Positions 1 through 7,057 of a stretch of DNA of 25,850 nucleotides are shown here, one piece after another. The notes under the pieces are model-generated. The model did not search any database and was not told the DNA's origin. It was given only the letters and a program-made list of their open reading frames with translations. Position numbers and translations under genes: made by a program. The DNA lies in assembly GCA_029762535.1 (NCBI GenBank), contig JARVGK010000037.1, forward strand, positions 1 through 25,850. Reading direction: 5' to 3'. The DNA is from Thermoplasmatota archaeon (lineage in GTDB: Archaea; Thermoplasmatota; Penumbrarchaeia; Penumbrarchaeales; Penumbrarchaeaceae). The number at the start of each line of letters is the position of its first letter. Positions within the stretch are counted from its first letter, which is position 1.

Positions 1-489
1 GTCGCCATCGTAATCCCCCACGGCAATGGCCGATGAGATCGAGAGGCTGTTGCGGTTACCTCCCGGACTTTCTTTGAGGGTGTTGTTGCCATATATCGTG
101 ATATCGGGCTTGATCTCGTCTATATCAATTTCCCGGTAAAGCCATGCGCCCCTGCCGTAGAAAATGTATATCCTGCCGTCCTCTATACGATCCGACCTTC
201 CCCTGGACTGAGGCGCTGACACTGCAAGATCGGTAATTCATTCGCCATTGACGTCACAGATCCATGAATAAGTGGCCAGAGCTTCACCGACAGGAAGGAA
301 CGATTCGCCGATGATACGAACCGATGCCGCATCCTCCATCAGCTCCGTCCCGCCGAGGGATATGCCTTCCCTCTCATGGTGGCAATCATCATATATTCGA
401 CAGCCATTCCTTATAGAGGGGAATGATAACTGAAGAGAGGCGGGTACGATGATAACAACGATGATCAGGGTTGCATTGCTGAAGCGCAT
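1..489 (-). pseudogene. 5' part of a secreted FG-GAP/integrin-alpha-like repeat protein, interrupted by an in-frame TGA at 240-238 (pseudogene or sequence error); runs off the window start
   Basis: ATG at 489 starts a signal-peptide-like MRFSNATLIIVVIIV. The same frame reads ...WICDVNGE*ITDLAVSAPQSRGRSDRIEDGRIYIFYG...ISSAIAVGDYDGD to base 1, giving two FG-GAP-like motifs with the stop inside the first. Confidence 0.7.
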
Positions 490-655
490 GCTAATCGATC
501 CAGAATTCACCACAGAGTTAATCGATATATCAGTGAATTGACACTAGTGTTCTCCCATATTTCTCAGCAAACTGAAAGAAAACATTGAGCTACCGGTAGA
601 CTGTTCGTGAGATATCAATGGTCAACGATCGATGAACGTTTACTTTGTCGATCCT

Positions 656-670
656 GAAAAACTTTATCTA
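656..670 (+). promoter_or_regulatory. Putative BRE/TATA promoter of tRNA-iMet
   Basis: GAAAAAC followed by TTTATCTA (663-670), about 40 nt upstream of the mature tRNA 5' end. Confidence 0.5.
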
Positions 671-710
671 CAGGCTCTTACTATGGAGGCTGGAAACATC
701 CGACCATATC

Positions 711-788
711 AGCGGGGTGGGGTAGCCAGGATATCCCGTCGGGCTCATAACCCGAAGACCAATAGTTCAAATCTATTCCCCGCTACCA
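711..788 (+). tRNA. Initiator tRNA-Met (CAT), CCA encoded
   Basis: Acceptor stem AGCGGGG/CCCCGCT with A1-U72; anticodon CAT at 746-748 in a stem with three G-C pairs (GGG/CCC); T-loop TTCAAAT; ends ACCA. Confidence 0.97.
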
Positions 789-794
789 TTTTTT
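789..794 (+). terminator. Oligo-T archaeal terminator after tRNA-iMet
   Basis: T6 run immediately after the CCA. Confidence 0.5.
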
Positions 795-797
795 CAT

Positions 798-810
798 AAA
801 AAATTATAAA
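798..810 (+). promoter_or_regulatory. Putative BRE/TATA promoter of the 846..4355 gene
   Basis: A-run followed by TTATAAA (804-810), about 35 nt upstream of ATG 846. Confidence 0.5.
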
Positions 811-845
811 CCACAAAGCCTCTGGCCCGTGACGGTGCGATCAAA

Positions 846-3800
846 ATGAGGCTCCATATCAAGGGACCATACCCATTCCTCGCCGCCCTTATGGCCCTGT
901 TGATAAGCGGCGCATACGGTTTCGTCTTCGCCTCAGAGGATGTCCTCGAAGTCACCTCCCCTCTGCCCCCCTTAACTTACTTGGAGGATCTCCCAAAGGG
1001 TTCCTTCCCGTGGGGGGATCTCGACGGCGATGGTTTCGACGATATCCTCATCGCATCCCCTCTCGCTAACGGCGGAAAAGGATCGGCCATCATCCTTTAC
1101 GGCAACTCTACTGGAAGGACAACGGAAATAGGGTCCCTAATGGGGCAAATAGGCCTCGGATCCCACGTGAGGATAGGCGACCTGGATTCGGACGGTATCG
1201 ACGATCTGATCCTCCTTGACAGGGACTGGAGGCCTTTCATAATCTGGGGTCAGCAAGATATTCCCTCGCAACTGAACCTCGAGGCAACAGATGTGTTCAT
1301 GGACGTGTCGCTATACGAACTTCTGCTCATAGATGCGAACAACGACGGCCAGATGGATATGGTATATTTGGAAGACGGCATATCCACGGTCATCTTCGGA
1401 CCTGTGGAGCCCGTTTCGCGATCCTACGACCTCGGCCCGGAATCGTTGACAAGGCTATACGCGGCGGACATCGATGGGGACGGGGGGAAAGAGATCCTTG
1501 CATTGGACAACAGCTCTGATCTTCTTGTGATCCGCCCCGATGGCGGAGAGGTGACCATGGATCTCGGTAAGGTCCCCCATAACGCATCCTTCGCATTCGG
1601 GGATCTTGACGGGGACCTCTCCGACGACATCCTTTACCTGGACCTCGACGGGTCTGATCATGGCTCGATCAATATCATATACGGTTCGCATTCGCCGAAA
1701 GAAGAGGATACGAGCATCATCACTGCGATAAAAGGAAGCTCGGAATACCCTTTGAGCTCCGAGACGGTCATTACATGCACGGACATCGACCGGGACGGAA
1801 CATCGGACATCATCATCGGTTCTCCCGAACATCATGGAGGCCTTGGAGCTTTACGTATATTTTCAGGCAAAAAAGACCGCATCAACTCACCCAAGCTTAT
1901 AACGGATCCCGATTCCAGTATAGTAGGTAACTCATCTTTCTCACCAATTGGAGGGTCGATCATCGCAGGAGCGGACATGGATGGAGATCTGCTCCCCGAG
2001 ATCATCATCGGAGATGAAAAGAACCTCAGAAAGCTCGATCTTCCATCGAACTCCCCTCCCGGCGATCTGATATCCGGATGGATGTTCCTCGATCAAAGCA
2101 GTGAACAGGTGAGGATCGCCGAGATCGGCGATCTCGTTGGGATCAGGATCAGGGCCATCGATCGGTCGGAATCGACCATTGACCTCATGGCCGTGGAGAT
2201 CGATTCACCTTCGGGGACATCCAGGATCATACTGAAGGAGACAGAGATAGATTCCGGGGAGTTCATGGGACATATCCTGCTATCATCATACACGATGGAC
2301 GGTCGTTCAATCGCATGCAGTATCGGGGACCTCTTGATGGCCCGGTCCGATAACGGATGGTCGTATGAACTATTCGTGGCGGGGACCTCGGGCATCGATG
2401 ATCCGCCGATACTCGTGGGCGAGGTCCCGAGGATCGTTGCTGTGGAGGATGAGTACTACGAGATGACCCTGGACATAGTGGACCCTGACGGGGACCCGAT
2501 CGTATTGGTTCCAAAAAGCATGCCCTCATGGCTGACGCTCAACGGAACAAGGATCAGCGGAACCCCTGGCAACGATGACATATCATCCGGTAACTTCACA
2601 ATCAACGCCACCTCAACGGTCCATCATCTCTTTGTGGACATAGAATTCGAAGTGATCAACAGGCCGCCCGCCATTATTCCCATTTCGGCCCCAAACCAGG
2701 CATGGGAGGGCTCGGAGTACCTGGCGGTGTTCCAGTTGAGGGAGGATGGAAATAAAAGGTCCTTACATATAGTTCGGGAACGTGGACCCGGACCTGTACC
2801 GTGGATCGAGGCGGGAATGGACGGAGTGGTACGAGGGACCCCCGAGAATATTGACGTTGGATCATGGGTATTCTCCCTCTTGCTGCACGACGGCAACGAT
2901 GGATGGGCCAACCATACATGGACAGTGCAGGTGATAAATATCGATCCGGTTTTGGATGAGGTGCCGCCGATCCGCTGGATGGAACATGTGGAGCTTGTTC
3001 TGGATATAAACTGCACGGGGGAGGGGGATAACCTTACGAGATACAGTATGGAGGGCGAAAGCCATGGAGCGAGGATCGACGGATATTCCGGCTTTCTGCG
3101 GGTCGTTCCAGTAATTAGATCACAGAAGAACATCACTATCACCGTCAAGGCGGATGACGGCCATGGGGGTCATTCGACCATCGATGTGTCAATAGAGATC
3201 ATCAACCAGGCGCCATTCCTGCTGGCACCCCTTCCTGGAACGATCACTTCCTGGCGTACTTTAGATATAGACATGTCCTCGAACGAGGACGAATTGGGTG
3301 TGAGCCTGATAATGGATCCAATTCCCCCTTTTATTTTCAGGGACGGGTCCGACCCATATATGATCCGTGCGTTCCCATGGAACATGGACGCGGGAGATCA
3401 CCTCATAGAACTGGTGATCAGAGATGTATGGGGGGGAGAGAGGAACTATGAATGGAACTTCACGGTCGTGTCCGATACATCCATGCAGGATCCGGAAATT
3501 GTCCTTTCATCCGCACGTTATACCTCTTTGGACCATGTCGAGATAAGCTTCATCATAGACAACGGCAGCGCCCCAGTTAAGGACGTTCGGATCCGGTCCA
3601 CAGGGTCGGAGGATGAATGGATGGACATAGTTCTTAAGAGCGGGGGCTGGAGAAACGGGTCGGTTACGGTGGACGCTCCGCCTGAACGCGGAAGGCTTAA
3701 CCTATCCATAGAGGTATCATTCTATCTGGAAGGGGGTTTTGTGAGGAACGTTGTTTCGAGGGCAGAGCTCGATCCGGGCGATCCTCCTGAAAGGAGAACA

Positions 3801-4355
3801 GGTGCGATCTTTCTTATCCTCACCCTGACCATGATGATGATATTGATCGGTCTAGGAGCATCCCTTCTGAAGATCGAGAGGACCTCGCTTGCCCTTCAGG
3901 CGGCCTTTATAAAGGACGGAAAGGCATCCGAGGATGATATGCTCCCGATCATTCAGGATCGTCCTGGTATAACCTGGAGGCAGCTCCAGAGTGTGATCCC
4001 TCTCGATCGCAAGGATGCCCTCGCAACGCTTGAATCACTTGAAAGCGGAGGACATGTTTATGAGATCACGGACGGATTTCACATCAGACTGTATCCCATG
4101 ATGGGTTCGTTCAAGGACAGGCCCCTAGTTCTCAATCGATATCAAGGGATGATCGCCAGGGCGCTCCTGGCATCGTCAAGGGGCATGGACGAGGAGGATA
4201 TATCCAAAGCCACTGGTATTGACACGGTTCGGATCAGAAAGGAATGTCAGTTGATGCAGCTGAAGGGTGCCATCTCAATAAAGAGAAGGCGCACACTGGA
4301 CGTTTACAGTCTGAACGTTCACCAGAGGGAGATGTTGAAAAGATGGTCCAGGTAG
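846..4355 (+). CDS. Membrane-anchored protein: FG-GAP beta-propeller + cadherin/He_PIG-like Ig repeats + TM helix + two C-terminal winged-helix (HTH) domains
   Basis: N-terminal signal peptide; about 7 DxDGDG-type motifs (GDLDGDGFDD, GDLDSDGIDD, DANNDGQMD, ADIDGDG, GDLDGDLSDD, DIDRDGTSD, ADMDGDLLPE); He_PIG-like PSWLTLNGTRISGTP and VRGTPENIDVG; TM helix at ~3801-3869; wHTH-like IIQDRPGITWRQL...LESLESGGHV...RLYP and RGMDEEDISKATGI...LKGAI. Confidence 0.85.
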   Translation: MRLHIKGPYPFLAALMALLISGAYGFVFASEDVLEVTSPLPPLTYLEDLPKGSFPWGDLDGDGFDDILIASPLANGGKGSAIILYGNSTGRTTEIGSLMGQIGLGSHVRIGDLDSDGIDDLILLDRDWRPFIIWGQQDIPSQLNLEATDVFMDVSLYELLLIDANNDGQMDMVYLEDGISTVIFGPVEPVSRSYDLGPESLTRLYAADIDGDGGKEILALDNSSDLLVIRPDGGEVTMDLGKVPHNASFAFGDLDGDLSDDILYLDLDGSDHGSINIIYGSHSPKEEDTSIITAIKGSSEYPLSSETVITCTDIDRDGTSDIIIGSPEHHGGLGALRIFSGKKDRINSPKLITDPDSSIVGNSSFSPIGGSIIAGADMDGDLLPEIIIGDEKNLRKLDLPSNSPPGDLISGWMFLDQSSEQVRIAEIGDLVGIRIRAIDRSESTIDLMAVEIDSPSGTSRIILKETEIDSGEFMGHILLSSYTMDGRSIACSIGDLLMARSDNGWSYELFVAGTSGIDDPPILVGEVPRIVAVEDEYYEMTLDIVDPDGDPIVLVPKSMPSWLTLNGTRISGTPGNDDISSGNFTINATSTVHHLFVDIEFEVINRPPAIIPISAPNQAWEGSEYLAVFQLREDGNKRSLHIVRERGPGPVPWIEAGMDGVVRGTPENIDVGSWVFSLLLHDGNDGWANHTWTVQVINIDPVLDEVPPIRWMEHVELVLDINCTGEGDNLTRYSMEGESHGARIDGYSGFLRVVPVIRSQKNITITVKADDGHGGHSTIDVSIEIINQAPFLLAPLPGTITSWRTLDIDMSSNEDELGVSLIMDPIPPFIFRDGSDPYMIRAFPWNMDAGDHLIELVIRDVWGGERNYEWNFTVVSDTSMQDPEIVLSSARYTSLDHVEISFIIDNGSAPVKDVRIRSTGSEDEWMDIVLKSGGWRNGSVTVDAPPERGRLNLSIEVSFYLEGGFVRNVVSRAELDPGDPPERRTGAIFLILTLTMMMILIGLGASLLKIERTSLALQAAFIKDGKASEDDMLPIIQDRPGITWRQLQSVIPLDRKDALATLESLESGGHVYEITDGFHIRLYPMMGSFKDRPLVLNRYQGMIARALLASSRGMDEEDISKATGIDTVRIRKECQLMQLKGAISIKRRRTLDVYSLNVHQREMLKRWSR

Positions 4356-4523
4356 CTACTCGGTGTCCTCGAGGATGTCCTTTGCGATGTTCTCCAGAAG
4401 CTCCTCGAACGTGTTGGTCTTGTATTCCCTTATGGGTTTGTCCTTCGATTTGAAGGCGTGGATCTTCGCTGAGAAGAAGTTCGTCCCCTGGAATATCTCT
4501 ATCTCGTATATCTCATCGGCCAT
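4356..4523 (-). CDS. Small acidic hypothetical protein (55 aa)
   Basis: ATG at 4523 preceded by a GAGGTG RBS (4534-4529); MADEIYEIEIFQGTNFFSAKIH...EDTE. The longer ORF call to 4574 overlaps the tRNA. Confidence 0.8.
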   Translation of the reverse strand: MADEIYEIEIFQGTNFFSAKIHAFKSKDKPIREYKTNTFEELLENIAKDILEDTE

Positions 4524-4551
4524 TTTCACACCTCGATAGTTACGGTAAGAG

Positions 4552-4624
4552 TGCCGTGGGAGTGATTTGAACACCCGACCTTCTGATCTTCAGTCAGACG
4601 CTCTCCCAGCTGAGCTACCACGGC
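4552..4624 (-). tRNA. tRNA-Phe (GAA), no encoded CCA
   Basis: Reverse complement GCCGTGGTAGCTCAGCTGGGAGAGCGTCTGACTGAAGATCAGAAGGTCGGGTGTTCAAATCACTCCCACGGCA; anticodon GAA at 4591-4589. Confidence 0.97.
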
Positions 4625-4655
4625 ACATGCTGGCAAAATCGGGATAATATCTCCT

Positions 4656-4664
4656 TGTATAAAA
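4656..4664 (-). promoter_or_regulatory. Putative TATA box for tRNA-Phe (and the small ORF)
   Basis: TTTTATACA on the minus strand, about 32 nt upstream of the tRNA. Confidence 0.5.
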
Positions 4665-4706
4665 GTTATCCTACCAATGGTTTTTTAATCGCAATAGCCA
4701 ATCCGG

Positions 4707-5096
4707 ATGACAAAAAAAGAAAACGTTGGAGGATTATCCCTGAGCGTTTACGAGGAGGAACTCATTCGAAAACTGAAAAGACCGCTATCGTTCATGGGCG
4801 AGGAACGGGTAAGGTATTTTCACCTGGACGGTACATGGGTCGATCTCGATCACCTTCATGATGTTTTTGACCCATCAAAGACCGTCCCCATGCTGAAAGA
4901 TAGGCTGGAGGAGATCATCAGGTCCCTGAGCGAAGATAGTCCGGATAGGGACAGGGCCAAGGACCTCTACCTCGAAGGGCAGAGCATCAGAAGGGTACTC
5001 CACATGATCAAAAAGGGTGAGAGAAGGTCGGATGAATACCAGCTCAGGAAATCCGATATCCAGAGATGGGTGGATTATTCGCGAAGGATCAGTTGA
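4707..5096 (+). CDS. Archaeal hypothetical protein, DUF5788-like
   Basis: 129 aa. The pattern E..LI.KL......G......L.G..VDL ... I.R.L ... D.QRW..Y.R resembles my recollection of DUF5788 proteins. A TTTTAAT element about 20 nt upstream suggests a leaderless transcript. Confidence 0.65.
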   Translation: MTKKENVGGLSLSVYEEELIRKLKRPLSFMGEERVRYFHLDGTWVDLDHLHDVFDPSKTVPMLKDRLEEIIRSLSEDSPDRDRAKDLYLEGQSIRRVLHMIKKGERRSDEYQLRKSDIQRWVDYSRRIS

Positions 5097-5727
5097 ACCA
5101 ATTGAGGATCTCTCTGTACTCCGGAGACACCTTCGAGATATCTATCTTGTATCCCCTACCCGTGCCGCCACAGACCTGGCAGTTCCCCGACCCTTTGCAC
5201 TTGGAACAGGAGCCAAAACCCGAGCAGTAGCTGCATTCCTTGGACCCCTGACATCGTATGCAGGTCCCGGTCCTTTTGCAGTGAAGGCATTCGTCCGGCC
5301 TCTCCCCTTTGCACGTAGGGCATACGCCAGTACCGCCGCAATAAGAGCATTTCTTGGTGCCCCTGCACATGATGCATATGCCGGTCGAACCGCATTCGGG
5401 GCATTTGCCCGTCCCTCTGCAGTTGCGGCATCTATCGGTCTCCTGGGCGATACCGGACTCGACAAGGTCGGACCATGCCTCCATCCCGCTGCCTAATCGT
5501 ATCAGGCAGGCGGCTCTGAGGAACCAAGCATCCTTATCCCCGGGATTGTTCCTTATCACATCGGTGAACTTGTCAAGCGCCCTTCTGAAATCCTTCTTCT
5601 CCATTGCTTCGATGCCGGACCTGAGGGTCGATCTCAGCGATGCTATGGATGGCAGTTTTTCATGGCATTTTCCACAGTATAGCTCTCTATCGGCGTTCTC
5701 CCCACCGCATCGGGGACATTTCAGCAT
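5089..5727 (-). CDS. Zinc-ribbon + TPR + ten-CxxC (DnaJ-type CxxCxGxG) cysteine-rich protein
   Basis: N-terminal CPRC..YCGKC ribbon; TPR-like GIEAMEKKDFRRALDKFTDVIRNNPGDKDAWFLRAACLIRLG; ten CxxC motifs; AGGTGA RBS; starts 19 nt after the ftsZ stop. Confidence 0.85.
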   Translation of the reverse strand: MLKCPRCGGENADRELYCGKCHEKLPSIASLRSTLRSGIEAMEKKDFRRALDKFTDVIRNNPGDKDAWFLRAACLIRLGSGMEAWSDLVESGIAQETDRCRNCRGTGKCPECGSTGICIMCRGTKKCSYCGGTGVCPTCKGERPDECLHCKRTGTCIRCQGSKECSYCSGFGSCSKCKGSGNCQVCGGTGRGYKIDISKVSPEYREILNWFN

Positions 5728-5746
5728 CTATCTCACCTTATGACTT

Positions 5747-6913
5747 TCAGCGAATGAACTGTACGCCGAACCTTTCCTCTTTCCTGGTATAGCCGTACTC
5801 CTTCTGCCCGAATTTACCCACGGACTTGCCGGAGATCTGCTCGGAGGTCACTCCCACCAGGACCAGCATGACCCTGATGGCACCCTTGAGCTCTGGATCG
5901 ATGTAGGCACCCCAGATTATGGAGGCGTTCTTGTTGATCTTGCTGTTTATATAATCCGCGACCATCTCGGCCTCGGTGACGGTCATGTCCTCGCCGCCGG
6001 TGACGCATACTAGAGCTCCGTTGGCCGATGATATGTCATATTCAAGGAGAGGCGAGTTTATCGCCTCCTCAACGGCCTTGAGGGCCTTCTCGTGGCCGTC
6101 GTCGGATTCACCGATGCCGATCACGGCCACCCCTCCTCCCTTCATGATGGTCTTGAGGTCAGCGAAATCGAGGTTGACGAGACCTACCTTGGTGATCATC
6201 TCTGTGATCCCCTTTATGGCTTTCATCAGTATCTCATCCGCTACCTTGAACGCGGCGTTCAGTGGCAGCCTGGGAACAAGCTCCAGAAGCTTGTCGTTGG
6301 GGATGACGATGACAGTGTCGGAATTCTCTTCGAGCTCTGCAAGTCCCCACTCGGCGTTCTCCATCCGGGATACTCCCTCGCCCTGGAACGGTTTGGTGAC
6401 AACGGCTATGGTCAGCGCCCCGAGCTGTTTGGCGATCTCGGCTACGACCGGAGCGGAACCGGTGCCAGTTCCCCCTCCAAGGCCGCAGGTGACGAAGACC
6501 ATGTCAGACCCCATCAAGGAGGCCCTGATCTCGTCCTCCGCCTCCAGGGCGGACTCCTTTCCGATCTTGGGCTGGGCGCCAGCTCCCAGTCCCCGCGTGG
6601 TCCTCTTGCCGATGAGCAGCTTGTGCGGAGCGTGTATCGTCAGAAGATGCTGGGCATCGGAGTTGATGGCGAAAAGGTCAGCTCCTATGATGCCCTCTTC
6701 GACGATACGGTTGATGGTGTTCGAACCCCCGCCACCGCATCCGACGATCTTGATGTTCGTCCTAAGCGTGGACAGGACCCTTCGCAGCTCTTCATCCTCT
6801 GGATTCGTCTCAATGGGAGGCATCGCCTCCTGAACCTCGACGGATTTCGAGGAGTCATCGGCCTTGTTGTCGTACTTGTTCATGTATTGGTTTATGATAG
6901 ACTTGAACCCCAC
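5747..6913 (-). CDS. ftsZ: Cell division protein FtsZ (FtsZ1-like)
   Basis: IKIVGCGGGGSN, tubulin signature GLGGGTGTG, T7 loop VNLDFADL and C-terminal GVQFIR. GTG 6913 lies 7 nt after GGAGG; the frame is open to 6934. Confidence 0.97.
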   Translation of the reverse strand: MGFKSIINQYMNKYDNKADDSSKSVEVQEAMPPIETNPEDEELRRVLSTLRTNIKIVGCGGGGSNTINRIVEEGIIGADLFAINSDAQHLLTIHAPHKLLIGKRTTRGLGAGAQPKIGKESALEAEDEIRASLMGSDMVFVTCGLGGGTGTGSAPVVAEIAKQLGALTIAVVTKPFQGEGVSRMENAEWGLAELEENSDTVIVIPNDKLLELVPRLPLNAAFKVADEILMKAIKGITEMITKVGLVNLDFADLKTIMKGGGVAVIGIGESDDGHEKALKAVEEAINSPLLEYDISSANGALVCVTGGEDMTVTEAEMVADYINSKINKNASIIWGAYIDPELKGAIRVMLVLVGVTSEQISGKSVGKFGQKEYGYTRKEERFGVQFIR

Positions 6914-6989
6914 TGTCATTCCTCCAGGGAACACATGGCAGCTATATCCGACTCCGGAGACCCTAGTCGTCCCCCGGCCAACATAGAGA

Positions 6990-6997
6990 TATATAAA
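6990..6997 (-). promoter_or_regulatory. Putative TATA box of the ftsZ operon
   Basis: TTTATATA on the minus strand in the AT-rich intergenic region. Confidence 0.55.
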
Positions 6998-7057
6998 TTT
7001 AAAGTTTTGTCCGCTATTGTCCCCTCAAGACACCGAGAAGCCGCTTATTCAGGGTTT

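Noticed and set aside
238-240. Selenocysteine or genome-wide TGA recoding
   Set aside because: The position corresponds to Gly of an FG-GAP loop rather than Cys, and several clear genes in the window end in TGA at the expected positions.
504-550. Short palindromes AATTCAC/GTGAATT and ACACTAGTGT
   Set aside because: They are too short to distinguish from chance without comparative data.
4353-4358. Abutting convergent stop codons (TAGCTA)
   Set aside because: This is ordinary compact convergent gene packing.
711-4624. Integrated element bounded by the two tRNAs
   Set aside because: There is no integrase, no duplicated tRNA 3' end (att site) and no obvious compositional shift.
5089-5727. DnaJ or multiheme cytochrome call
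   Set aside because: There is no J-domain/HPD motif. The single CxxCH (CGKCH) belongs to the zinc ribbon, and there is no signal peptide.
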